Assembly (NCBI RefSeq): GCF_001194135.2
Contig: NC_068990.1
Span: 52,604,756-52,668,755, forward strand
Reading direction: 5' to 3'
Origin: Octopus bimaculoides
Taxonomy: Eukaryota
DNA length: 64,000 nt
Shown: positions 13,801 to 26,400 of the stretch, one piece after another
Layout of the letters: each line of letters opens with the position of its first letter
How positions within the stretch are numbered: the first letter of the stretch is position 1
Position numbers and translations under genes: made by a program
Notes under the pieces: model-generated
What the model was told of the DNA's origin: nothing
Seen by the model: only the letters and a program-made list of their open reading frames with translations
Database searches by the model: none

Positions 13801-15234
13801 TATTTTGTTTATGAAACCAGGACAGATGTCACTGGATATCCTTTATACAGATGAAGAAATACAAAAGATGGTAGAAGAACAGCATCAATAACGAGAAACT
13901 CAAAAATGTATAATTCAATGTTTAAATTACAATTTTCATCACCAATAGTTGATGAATTTACAATTTCAATTAAGAAAAATAGTAGAATTTGGTTAACATT
14001 AGAAAATTGTAATTTATTAGTATGGGATGAAGTTACAATGTCACACAATAAAGATATTAGAGGATGTTGATAAAATGTTGAAAGAAAATAAATGCAATAG
14101 TTTCCATTTTTTACTAGCTGTTTTACTAGCTGTTTTACTAGCTGGTGATTTTAGACAAATACTTCCAGCTGATGAAATAGAGGCATCAATCAAGGCATCC
14201 CATTTCTGGTCATTATTTCACAAATTGTCTTTAAGAATTAATATGAGAGTGCATATCCTAAGAAATAATGACTTACAGGACTTTGAAAGTAAACTATTAG
14301 AAGTAGGAGAAAATAGGATCCTAAGTGATGGCAATCACATGATATTATTACCAGTGGAAATAGAGTTGAAAATGAAATTGATTTGGAAACATTAATTTTT
14401 GAGGACATTGCAGTTAATTACACTAATACAGAATGGATATCAGAATAATTTTAGCTGCTAAAAATGGCGATGTTGATGCTATTAATATGCGATGACTTAA
14501 CAAAATAGAACATAGATTAAGAACATACAATTCTCTAGATCAAGTAATAGACATAGATGAAGCAGTAGATTTTCCGGTTGAGTTCTTAAATTCAATAGAA
14601 ATATCGGGATTTCCACCACATGAATTGAATTTGAAGAAAGGAGCTCCAATTATTCTTTTGAGAAATTTACAAAGTTATGCAATGGAACGAGGTTAATAGT
14701 GGAATCCCTTACAAATAATGTAACTGAAGCAAAAATACTAAATGGAAAGTACAAAAATGGATTAGTATTATTACTAAGGATTAAATTAATTGCAGAGGAG
14801 CCAATGAGGTTTACAAGATTACAATTTCCAGTTGAACTATCCTTTGCTATGACAATAAATAAATTACAAAGCCAAACATTTAAAAAAAGTTGGTATTAAT
14901 CTTAAAAATGAAGTATTTTCTCATGGACAACTATATGTATCACTTTCGAGAATGGGAGATCCTAATAATCTTTATTAATACACAGATGAAAAAGTTAAAA
15001 GCATTGTTTATGATGAAGTTCTTTAGATTAAAAAAAAGAAAAAAAAAAACAATGAAAAAAAAAAAAGTTGGACAACAGTTTGATTTTAAATAAAAAAAAT
15101 TATTCTCACTGATGATTTTATCAATATTATAAGTTGTATGAGAGGTTATTATTGCTATCTATTTTTTGTTATTTACATTATGTACTTCTGGTAATAAAAT
15201 ATAATTTTCGTCAATAAATGACAGGTCATTCTAG
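10850..15234 (+). mobile_element. Helitron (Rep/Hel) relic in an ATP5PD intron
   Basis: Zn-finger CKHC...LCCSNGK; PAGEHARRYN; LHRSYDSLQYPL; FTCNPKW; VEWEKRGLPHAH (HUH); helicase LAGDFRQILP, FPVEFLNS, QFPVELSFAMTINK. 3' end has a short hairpin then CTAG|T at 15231-15235. 5' end uncertain. Confidence 0.92.
12349..13165 (-). mobile_element. Young 5'-truncated RTE LINE inserted into the Helitron Rep region
   Basis: Open frame LHGSETWAVTAEDIRKLARNEASMLRWMC...RRLRWYGHV...GRGRPRKTW, full 3' UTR and (GAT)n tail; it splits the Helitron YAKIE/LLYIKEHQTKLRVEEY segment. Confidence 0.93.
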
Positions 15235-16503
15235 TCTTATAAATAATTCTGCTTGTCATTCCATTACTTAGCCTGTCAGTAATGCTTTCATGTGATTAGA
15301 GAAAAATAGGGAGAGAGAAGCGTCCATGATGTGAGGTAGAGGGTATGTAATTGTAATGCTTTCATGTGATTGGTTGAGGGAGAAAGAGAGGAGATAGAAA
15401 AAGGAGAGAGAAAAAGAAGAGTGAGATTGAAAGAGGGAAAAAGAAAAAGATGGAGTGAGAAGAAAAGGGAGAGAGAAGGGTCCATGACATGAGGTAGGGA
15501 AAATGTAATATTTACTGGTGGTTAAAAAAGTTAGTTGAAGGCAGTGATGATATAGAGGAGAGTTAAAGATATAATTTTAGCTGAGAGGTGAGGTTAAAGA
15601 AAGGCAGAGAGAGAGAGAAATGATGATGGTGGTTGTGGTGATTGGATAGTGAAATTTAAAAAATTGAACTAAATTTTTTATATCACCTATCTCTTAACTC
15701 ATGCGCATAAGTGCAATTCTGTGAATTATTCATGCTTATTTACATGACAGACATATTCAATTTAACTAAAGGTTGTATCGTATGGGATATTTTTTTTGCC
15801 TATGGGAAAAATGGAAATATTTATGAAAGCTGTGTATTAAGTCTATAAAATTGTGCATAAAGTATCTAAAGTGTATATATAAAGTGCATTAAGTAATCAT
15901 TGTATTCCAATTTATTTCACTTTTCAGTGAGTAGCAGATGAGCAACTATCTTTTGATACAGTCACAACACAGGTTATGCTTTCAGGTTTTTTGGATAAAG
16001 TTTTCAGACATAACCCAATACATTTACCATTAATTCTGTGAAATATTCATGGATCCCGCTATTAATCATTAATCCAACAAAAGGTATTTTAATTCCTGAA
16101 GGGATATAAACAAAACAAAGTATACTTTGCCAGACAAGTAATTATGGATTAAATATTTTGTGTGTGTGTATATATATGATTGCTGTATTTCAGTGAAAAA
16201 TTGGTGCTTTTTGACTGTAGTAGTGTTGTAGTCATTGTGACCATTAGTGATCCAGGGTGATTTGGTGTCCCATTGGGAATCTGTCACCATTAATATTGCT
16301 GTTGTTCATTGTAGTCTGAAGGAAATTATTAGTTTTTATTGGGTTGTTCCTGTTAGCTATGAATAGACAAAGCAGGGAGGTAGTAGATCCCATGTTTTAG
16401 CTTACTTTCACAACCCACTATATTTCAATACAACAAATGTATTTATTTAGAATTGATTTTTATTTCTATTTTGTTGACAGTCTTTTTTTAATCCTCTTTT
16501 CAG

Positions 16504-16566
16504 AATGAATCCATCAAAGACCAAGTTGCTGAGTTTCAGAAAATGGCTGCTGATGCCCAGCTGATG
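16504..16566 (+). CDS. ATP5PD: ATP synthase subunit d: internal exon (NESIKDQVAEFQKMAADAQLM)
   Basis: cttttcAG acceptor, GTAAGT donor, 63 nt, phase 0/0; supplies the helical segment needed between the flanking exons. Confidence 0.88.
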
Positions 16567-16699
16567 GTAAGTTATCAGCATAATTATATTATTTGTTTAC
16601 ATTAGACATACTCTAATCCATGATGGTAATATTTGTTTAAATTTCTACACCATTTTAGTGGTGGACTTCATCCATTGCCTTTTGGATGCTGTTAGTTTG

Positions 16700-18130
16700 T
16701 TTTCAGCCTGAAGATATCTAGATCTTTTTTCCTCTTGCTTCTGTTCCCCATTAAGATCTCCACCTAACATGTTCACAAGCTCTGTATTATATCTGTTCCT
16801 GGGTCAGATCCTCCTCTACAGTCCTCAGTCAGATTTTGATAAGTCTGCCTCACTGCCTACCACTGGTCTCTTGTGAACATATGTAACTTGCGGTTGAACA
16901 TCTTAAAGTGATAGTATCCAACAAGATACTCAGCCCTTGATGCTTTTCACTACTTCATTTGTGATGCGGTTACACTAAGAAATTCTTAGGGGCTTAAAGC
17001 AACATCTGTGGAAGACATCTGCACTGTAAGAAATTCTGCTCATCTTTTTTGCATGTTTTGCAAGCATAGGTTGCCATTGGCATTGCAATGGCTGTAGATA
17101 GATAGCATTTGATGCCTAAGTTGGAGAATTTAAACCCTACAAACTTCAGGCACTGGAAGATAGCTGTAGCTTTACCATGTCTCTTTTTTTTACATCAAAT
17201 TCAATTTGCCATTGTTTATAATGTTACTGCTCAGTGAAGGCATCTCCAGAGTCTGACCTTTCAATCAAACTAGTTTCTGCTATGTCTTTTGATTATTGAT
17301 TTAGAAGATCAACCTTTGAGCTACTATTGTTGCTAAAACAATAGTAGCTCAAAGGTCTTGTATGGACTGTAGATGTGATATTCAGGAATCCTATATCATT
17401 CAGGAAGTCAAGGTCTGTGAGTTTTCACTGTCCCCATTTGTTGTCTATGTTGAATCTCCATAGACTTTTTCATGGTGAAATTCACCATTGTCAGGAACAA
17501 AAATGCTTAGCGATATTTCATGTCTTTACGTTCTGAGTTCAAATTCCTCTGAGGTCGACTTTGCCTTTCATCCTTACAGGGGCGATAAATTAAGTATCAG
17601 TTGTGTACTGGAGTCGATCTAATTGACTGGCCCCCTCCCCCCACATTTCGGGCCTTGTGCCTAGAGTAGAAAAGATATCAGCTGGCTACTTGATACTGTG
17701 CCATGATCTTTCATAGAGATTCCCTGTGTATGTTCTTGACAACCTTCTTGAGGATTTGTTTACTGTATAACCTTCTGCTCCTGAATCCTACATGTGCCTC
17801 CCATAAATGTTCATCAACTACCTTCTTCAGGCAGGTAAGAAACACAGTGTGGGACATTTTATGAGAGCCAGACAGCTGGGCTATACTGTGCCATTTGTTG
17901 CAATCATTTAGAGCTCCTTTCTTGGGCAATTTTACTATCATTCTATTCATTCAGGTCTCAGTGACTGCCTCTAATGCAAAGGTATGACAATTCTTTTGTG
18001 GTGACATTCTCTCCATACTGAATTGGGTCCACAGTTACCTTATGCAGCTTTGCTTTCTTGTTCTTCAGGAAATGAATGACTTTGGTGACCTCTCTGTTGA
18101 TATGTCTTTATCTGTCATTTTCAGGGGATT
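16700..18130 (-). mobile_element. Old RTE-like LINE fragment of a second family
   Basis: IVKLPKKGALNDCNKWHSIAQLS...HVGFRSRR resembles the RT subdomain 0-1 region IVKLPKKGDL..CxNWRGITLL...QAGFR; interrupted by a SINE. Confidence 0.65.
17490..17675 (+). mobile_element. SINE (cephalopod-type), partial
   Basis: ttctgagttcaaatt...gactttgcctttcatcc...gggccttgtgcc; homologous to the copy at 62925-63135. Confidence 0.7.
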
Positions 18131-18359
18131 CGTCTAAGGAGTCTCTTGGTTGACCCGAGAATGCTTTTTTATTTTTAAACTTTCTAGGTCTGGAAAAAAG
18201 AGCAGTGTCACAGCTTTGTTCCCCCCTCCCCCCTCCTGGATTGGTGAGGTTGAGATTGTTAATGTCCCTCTTGAACCTTAGTAAGTCAACACCAGCTAGA
18301 AGGACATGAACAGAGGGGAAATCCAGAGAGACTGGGTGTTGGGTGGCTAGACAGAGCGA

Positions 18360-20800
18360 GGATGATGAAAGGTAATGGAAGCTATCTACTATCTCTAAGG
18401 GTCCCTCTGGGCATTGGAGGAAATCTATTTCCAGTGTGTTCTTAGTGTTTATTGGTCCACATTTGCCACACACAAAAAATAATTTTTCTGTTAACCTTCC
18501 TGTGATTCTACTGCACCTCTCATGTATCCATAGCTTGTACTGGGTACACCATATGGAATTTTTACCAACATCCTTTCTACGTATTAAACAGGGCTTGCAG
18601 GCATTAGTAATTTGTCTACTGTTGTGCTTACTTGTAGTTTGGTCTTTGCTAAATTAACTCTAAGGCCCTTTGATTCTAGGCCTTGCTTCTGTACCTGAAA
18701 TTTCTTTTCTAACTCTATTACAGATTCAGCTATAAGAACAAAGTCATCAGTATAGAGAAGCTCCCATGGGCAACCAATTTTAAATTCTTCTATCATGACC
18801 TAGAGGATTATGATAAACAAGAGAGGGCTGGGAACTGAGCTTTGGTAAACTCATACCTGTGCACTGAATTTGTTGTTATATTCATTGCTGACTTTCACAT
18901 TACAGACAACAACGTCATTGCACATGGTTTTGGACAGCTTTCACCAGTGACTCATCTACCCACAGCTTCCACAGTAACCACCAGATGAGAAAGAGTGAGG
19001 GACCTTGTCAAAGGTTTTCTCCATATTGACAAATCCAAGTATAGCAGTTTATAGTTGGTTAAGTGCTTCTCCTGCTGTTGCCTTACTAGGAAGATAGCAA
19101 CAGTAGTGCCTCTCCCTGGCACAAAACCAAACTGCATCTCATCTAGTTTAGCTCTCTTCCTAATTAGTTGACCTGGTCCAGCAATTTGATAGCTCTGTAA
19201 TTACTTCTGTCAAAACATTTCTTTTACCTTTGTAGCAACTGACTACGATGCTGCTATAAACAGTTGTCAGATATGACCCCTTCCTGGATGATCTGATTAA
19301 CTATAGGTGTGACTAGGCCATTTCCCACTCCAACAGACATTTTAAGCATCTCGATGGTAATTCCTGATACGCCAGAGGCTTTCCCTGTCTTTTTCATATC
19401 TTAAATTGCCTTGTCTTTCATGCAGCTGTAAACTTGGATGGATGGTCCTTCTATTGAGTTCATATTAGAAAGACTCACCTTTTCCCATGCATTTTCCACA
19501 TTTAGCAGCCTTTCATAGTGACACTTCCATGCCTCTTTCTTTTCAGAGTCACTAAATACAAGTCCCATCATCCACCCAAATACTCTTCTCTCCTACATCA
19601 TGATGTTCTGTGGCATACTGTCTTGCAATCTGGAACATCTTATGTCCCTAACACTCACACTGCAGAACATTGGAAAACTTCTTTTTATTTTATTTCTCCC
19701 CTAGCTAAATATACCTGTCATCTTGCTTCTCTGCTAGCTACCTGGTATAGTTCTTTACAACCCTTACTCTTCNNNNNNNNNNNNNNNNNNNNNNNNNNNN
19801 NNNNNNNNNNNNNNNNNNNNNNNNNNNNNNNNNNNNNNNNNNNNNNNNNNNNNNNNNNNNNNNNNNNNNNNNNNNNNNNNNNNNNNNNNNNNNNNNNNNN
19901 NNNNNNNNNNNNNNNNNNNNNNNNNNNNNNNNNNNNNNNNNNNNNNNNNNNNNNNNNNNNGGACACCTCTAAATTTATTTGAATGACCCTTAAGCTTCCA
20001 ACGCTATCTTCTGAAGACTGGTTTACTTCCCGAAGTGTGAAGTTGCTATTGATTATCCTGTGTTGAGGAGTACATTCTTCATTTGGGAGTGCCTTTGCAA
20101 CTAAGAGCAAATGTATATCCCACATTCTGGTGAGATCCTAGTAAATCTGATGTGGCTTGTGTGGTCACCAGATTGACAGTTGATCAGGCGATTGGCTGGT
20201 TTCTGAAGTTAGTGTTACAGATCATTAGGTCTGAAGTTAGTGTTGCAGATAATTAGGTCATTTTGCATTGCAAAACTCCAATGGGCCCTTCCTTATTTTG
20301 GGAACCAACTGCATAGCCTTCATGCACACCATGAAAATCACCAGGATGCTGCCAAACATGCTCATTGAAGTCACCAGCCACAAAGATAAAGTCACTGTTG
20401 TAGCCAACAAAAAGGTGTCATAAAATTTATCCTTTTGTTCATCTGGCAGTCCATTTGAGAAGCATAGATAGAAAGAATAGTTGCTGTTCTATTTTGCAAA
20501 AATAGTCTAAGCATAAGTATCCTATCACACACACTGACTACCTTGATTACCTTATCCATTTATTTCTGAGCTAAAAGTATGCCCACACCTCCAACTCTAG
20601 GAGATCTTAGACCTATGTTTTTTGCCTACCCAGAAGATCTTATACCTATGTTTTTTGCTTGTGAAGAGCCTGGCTAGGGCTCTCTTTTCAAGTGTAGTAC
20701 ACATCTGCATGCTCCTCTTCTAGAATCTCAACAGTCTCACAAGACTTATCTTTCAATATGCCTCCATTGACTGTGCCAAGTCTCAGGATATGCATGGAAT
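18360..20800 (-). mobile_element. RTE LINE, long degenerate copy (endonuclease to RT/PHD)
   Basis: AKALPNEECTPQHRII (EN), QFGFVPGRGTT, WELLYTDD, GLESKGLRVNLAKTK, PHD remnant; contains an N-gap. Confidence 0.88.
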
Positions 20801-21017
20801 GGAAAGAGTGAAGAGGGAGCTGTGGAATTTCATTTAGCACCCAAAAAGGAGAGGTGGGCAATGGCATTTAACACTCAAAAATATTGAAATTACTACGCTA
20901 AAATACAAATTCAAATTCGAGGAATACATTATTCAACTCAGTTGTTTAGTTACATTTCAGAATATCACATCATTGTATGTTATTACAGTGGTTGCCTAGA
21001 CTACTTTTGGCATAGTT

Positions 21018-21051
<34 letters not shown>

Positions 21052-23322
21052 NNNNNNNNNNNNNNNNNNNNNNNNNNNNNNNNNNNNNNNNNNNNNNNNN
21101 NNNNNNNNNNNNNNNNNNNNNNNNNNNNNNNNNNNNNNNNNNNNNNNNNNNNNNNNNNNNNNNNNNNNNNNNNNNNNNNNNNNNNNNNNNNNNNNNNNNN
21201 NNNNNNNNNNNNNNNNNNNNNNNNNNNNNNNNNNNNNNNNNNNNNNNNNNNNNNNNNNNNNNNNNNNNNNNNNNNNNNNNNNNNNNNNNNNNNNNNNNNN
21301 NNNNNNNNNNNNNNNNNNNNNNNNNNNNNNNNNNNNNNNNNNNNNNNNNNNNNNNNNNNNNNNNNNNNNNNNNNNNNNNNNNNNNNNNNNNNNNNNNNNN
21401 NNNNNNNNNNNNNNNNNNNNNNNNNNNNNNNNNNNNNNNNNNNNNNNNNNNNNNNNNNNNNNNNNNNNNNNNNNNNNNNNNNNNNNNNNNNNNNNNNNNN
21501 NNNNNNNNNNNNNNNNNNNNNNNNNNNNNNNNNNNNNNNNNNNNNNNNNNNNNNNNNNNNNNNNNNNNNNNNNNNNNNNNNNNNNNNNNNNNNNNNNNNN
21601 NNNNNNNNNNNNNAATTTGTACATAGTCTGTTTTGGAGAGCTATTCTGTTGAACCTCTGTGTAATCTAGCATGCTAAACATTGTTTTAATGATTCAGCAT
21701 TAAGTGCTGCAGCATGCCTTTGCTGATGTTGGGAAAGTCTCATGTTCTTTATCTCGAGACTCTCGCCTTCAGTTTTCTGCACTCCTCCTTGTTTTATAGC
21801 TGTTTCTGGAGAGATTACGTTTTTCCTTTGGTGGCATATTTTTTTTCAATATTTTAAACAAAAAATTATGTACATTGAAACAAATATACATTCATCTCTA
21901 TTTTTGTAAGCAGTTGTATGTATGTAATATGTCTATATTTTTGTATGCAGTGTAAAGTAACCAAATCTAAGCAAATTGTAAATACCTTGCAACCACTGCG
22001 ATAATTATGAACTCCTAATGGAACAGTAGATGTGTATTTTTATATAACTTGGACCTTCCATGTAATTGTTTTTTGTCAAAAGTTTATGTAGATGTATGTG
22101 TGTCTTTAATAATGTAGATAACAGGTGTGCAAACACACACACACTCACAAATACATACACATTCATATAAAAAAATGTGACGATACGCACACACTCTCAC
22201 ATACAGACACATACATATAGTAAGAGAGAAACATAGTCACGCATGTCAGTCATCATGTGTATGTGTAGATATGTGTGTGTTTAATAATGTATCTAATGCG
22301 GAAACACACACAGAGATATACACACTCATATATGTGATGTCGTCGTCGTAATTTGAAATGTCCTTTACTATCTTGTACACATTAAACGTGCAAATACACA
22401 CACAAAAATGAAAGAATAAAAGTGAAGCAATATGACACAACAGTTTTCGATAGAGGGAGAAATGTAAATAGTGTATTTAAATAGACTGAGTACAGAAAAT
22501 TTTAAATAAGTAAAGTAATGTTGTAGGGAGAACGTACAAATAGCATGAAGACAAAGATATTGATGCACAACAAAATTGAAATACACTGAAGTCAATTTTC
22601 AGGGAGTGAGAGAGAGAGAGTGCGTGAGTGAGTGAAAGAAACATATGTATATGTGAAAGTGAGAAAAGGGAGAGAATCGGTTGAAAACTGCAGTTCTTTT
22701 GAGAAAAACCCATGTGAAAAACTTTTATTCATGGTTAGTTTGTTGCATTACATGGGAGCTCTGGGCAAAATGTTACAGTGCATGACCATCTATGGCACAT
22801 AAGTAATGTGTGTGTAGAGTTTCGTGAAAATCAGTTGAAACTATATAAATGCATACGTATTATACACACATCCTTTGTTTTACCAGCTTTACCAGCTTCA
22901 ATCAGTTTTATGAGATTACTGTTACCCACATTGATTTGGAGATTTTGTACTCAACTGGATTTCCTTAGTTCTTGTGAAGTTTTTTCCTCATCCTTTACTC
23001 TGTTGTGTCTTATAGTTAAAGTGGATTACTGACAAGTAATTCAACTTGATCTACAAATGGTTTGCTGTTGTTCGTCATGAACTTATTTAGGGAAACTGGT
23101 CTATGGGGGCAGTGAATTTCCATGGGAAGAGTGATGTTGAAAACCTTTGTGATGCAGAGAAACATTTGTGGGGAGTAGTTTTTGTTGTTATACACAAGTG
23201 ATCTTTAGGAGTGTGGTACCTGAAGAAGCACCATCATCATCGTTTAACATCCGCTTTCCATGCTAGCATGGGTTGGACCACCAATTCCCAAATATTTCTT
23301 AGAGAAATTACATGACACTTTG

Positions 23323-23622
23323 TTGATTATGATGATGAGGGTTCCAGTTGATCCGATCAACAAAACACCCTGCTTGTGAAATTAATGTGCAAGTGGCTGA
23401 GCTCTCCACAGACACATTTACTCTTAATGTAGTTCTCAGGGAGATTTAGTGTGGCATGGTTGGCCTTTTGAAATACAGGTATTACTCATTTTTGCTAGCT
23501 GAGTGGGCTGGAGCTGTGTGAAATAAAGTGTCTTGCTTAAGGACACAATGCACTACCAGGAATTGAATTCATGACCTTATGACCGTGAGGCGAATTCCCT
23601 AACCACCAAATCATGTGCTTCA
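23323..23622 (-). mobile_element. tRNA-derived SINE
   Basis: On -: tRNA-like head (tggtggttaggg...gaattcaattcc), conserved core gtgtccttaagcaagacactttatttcac, simple-repeat tail. Confidence 0.7.
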
Positions 23623-23689
23623 CTTCAAATTACTTGATATAAGGATCTAACAGTCTGTCTTCAATAAGGTGCTGTTGAACATCTCTGCC

Positions 23690-25400
23690 TGCCCATTCCC
23701 AATAGTGATATGGAATAGTATGACTTGTGACAACTCCTTTCTAGGAGAGATAATCCTTGGAAGTTCCTTAATTTGGCATTCCACATAAGCTGAACATGAG
23801 ATCCAGACATCTGATGACTGTTGTCACATGCTGCATGTTGGGAAGTGGGAAAATAAAAGGAAAACGTGAGCAGTCATTAGAAGCAAATATGAATTACATG
23901 AAACCATAAGCAAAACTTGCTTGAAGTTCATAATAAGCTATTCAATAGGCTTTGTTGCTTTGATAAGAGTTCCTTTTTGTGGGTGATAAAACTAAGGTCT
24001 TAGTTCAGCACATCCTACAAGAAGCACAAACCTTCTTCACATCTTCTGCAGAGAAGGGGAGATTCCTTGCTTTAATAAAATGTAGTAACTGAGGTATGGA
24101 TGTCAGCAACTCTTGAGGTAGCAAAGCCTTAACATGTGTATGCTTGAGTAAATGTATCAGGGATCAGATTCTTCCTATCAGGACAATATTTCCTTTCTGC
24201 AAGTTCCAGTCTTCATTCTTGAGTCTTTGTATGCCATTTATTGTCAAGTATAAGGCCCTCTGATAATGGTTCCATTTTTACACTGCCTCAATAATAGCAG
24301 CCACTTCTCTCCAATGTGGTTGTGTAAATCTCTTCTTTGTAATATCTTGACTTGAACCCTACTGGTCATTCTCTTTGATTAAGGATGGCAGAAATTGTCA
24401 CATCAGATGTGTCACACTCTACCTCAAAGTTTACATCCACTGAGTGTAGCGTAACTTACTCTAATTTCCTCTTTAGCAGGTTAAAGAACACAGAGCCTCT
24501 TTTCCAATGAAAATATTGTGTTTATCAACAGTCAAGTTTTTATCAGAGAACCCTGTCTTAAACATTTTCTGTGGAAATCAGATTTATCCACTCAAAATTT
24601 AATTACTCTTAACTCTGAAAAGCAGTTTTATATAACGATCTATCTTTTGTTGAAGAATGTCATGTTTGAAACCATTTCTTGTTGAGATATGTCAAGTTTA
24701 TTGAGGCAACATTACCGATTCTAATATTTTGTTAGATCTTATCTTTTACTTGTTTCAGTCATTGGCCATGCTGGGAAACTGCCTTGAATTTTTAGTTGAA
24801 TGGTCACCAGTGCTTATTTTTTTTTTTAGCCTGGTACTTATTCTATCAGTCTCTTTTGCTAAACTGCTAAGTTATGGGGGATGTAAACATACCAACACCA
24901 GTTGTTAAGTAGTAGTGGGGGACAGACACAAAGGCACACGCACATATATACATGATGGACTCTTTTCAGTTTCCGTCTACTAAATTCACTCACAAGGCTT
25001 TGGCTGGCCTGAGGTTATAGTAGAAGGCACTTGCCTAAGGTGCCATGCAGTGGGACTGAACCTAGAACCATGTGGTTGGGAAGCAAGCTTCTTACCACAC
25101 AGCCATGCCTATGCCTGATATTTAACATCATTACTGGAATAATCATGAAACTAATTTTGCAGTTGAAGTGTATCAAAGATTGCAAATTTTCTGGAGTTGG
25201 AAGTTCTTGTAGTGGGTGAAACCTCTCAGGATGTGGCTCAACAATGCCATTCTTCACAAAGTATCTAAGGACATTAGTCAATCCACTTCATACATGGTTT
25301 TTTGAGTTGTAAGGTGTCTCTCACTGATGACCTTCAGAAATTCTTTTATGCTTAGGTTATGCACCTCCCTATGTCTGTCCAGCAATAGTTATATTATAAA
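23690..25400 (-). mobile_element. Ty3/Gypsy LTR-retrotransposon pol relic (RT end, RNase H, integrase)
   Basis: On -: NVLRYFVKNGIVEPHPERFHPLQELPTPENL (RT/connection), EVAAIIEAV*KWNHY (RNase H), LHFIKARNLPFSAEDVKKVCASCRMCAEL...GTLIKATKP (integrase Zn finger). Many stops; no LTRs recognised. Confidence 0.75.
24732..25108 (-). mobile_element. tRNA-derived SINE inserted into the Gypsy relic
   Basis: On -: head ggcataggcatggctgtgtggtaagaagcttgcttcccaaccacatggttctaggttcagtccc, typical octopus SINE body and (TAAGA)-type tail. Confidence 0.8.
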
Positions 25401-25779
25401 GATAGGAGAAGGTACTGTGCAGCATTTCCTCTCTCACTACCCCATCCATAGCTCATTGAAAGGTAGCAACCCTCAATTGTGACTCCAGTGGAACTTTACA
25501 GAATTTATGGAGTATCTAGGTGGGGTAGTACTTCTGATAAGGGAACATGTGCTCTTTAGAGTTGTTTGTCTGCTTTGGTCCCCACCTGAAACCAGCTCTC
25601 ACCCGTGGTTCCACGAAGCTGCCTGCTTGCAACACTGGCCACACCCCAGGCAACAGCTTCCACAGGCTGGCTAAACTATGATGTGGGTAGCCTACAGCTT
25701 TCAAACTGTTGCTGAGTTAGGATTTGTCTACATATGCATGTGAAGACTGGACCCAGTAGACTGTGTGGAGGAAACCACC

Positions 25780-26400
25780 AGATTGGTATAATGGGCAAGA
25801 AAGTAGACCAGCAAGCGTGAACAGGGCACAGTGAGACTTGGATGGTTTACAAATGCCATGCCAAAAAGCTAAACTGCTTGAGAAAGCTGTAGAGAATCAC
25901 TTGGGAAGACAAGGTCCCTGACATAAAGGTCCTATTTCAAGCTGTTCATTAAGCATTTATACACTATTGAGGGGTCCACAACTCAAGTGGGCAGGCCACC
26001 TTGTTTAAATGCCTGACACTTGACTCCCTAAGAGAGTGTATTACAGTGAACTGGCAGAAGGCAAGCACATGCATAATGCACAGGAAAAGTGCTTCAAAGA
26101 TACACCTGAAGCCTCACTGAAGAGCCTGGAGGTTAACCTCAACACTTGGGAAATGCAACTGCAAGACCACTCTGCTTGGCAAAGCTGCACTAACAGAGGT
26201 GCTACCTCCTATAAACAGGATTGCAGGGATACAATGAAAATGAAAACTTGCACAAGTCTAGAGCCAACTCCTTGCCTTCAGTTCTAGCAGACTCCCAGTG
26301 CCTGATCTGTGGTACAGGCGTCTGAGCAATGCATCAAACTGGTTGGCCAGTACTGGACATGCTGTGCTCCATCTCCCATGTGATGTTCTTGGTCATTGAA
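25780..26400 (+). mobile_element. BovB/RTE-1-like LINE 3' fragment
   Basis: YYSELAEGK...KCFKDTPEASLKSLEVNLNTWEMQLQDHSAWQS resembles the BovB-type C-terminus YGEL..GKR..G.KKR.KD.LK..LK.......WE..A.DR..WR. Confidence 0.65.

Noticed and set aside
23560-23622. tRNA-like sequences (also about 25040-25108 and 62925-63010)
   Set aside because: These are SINE heads continuous with SINE bodies, not tRNA genes.
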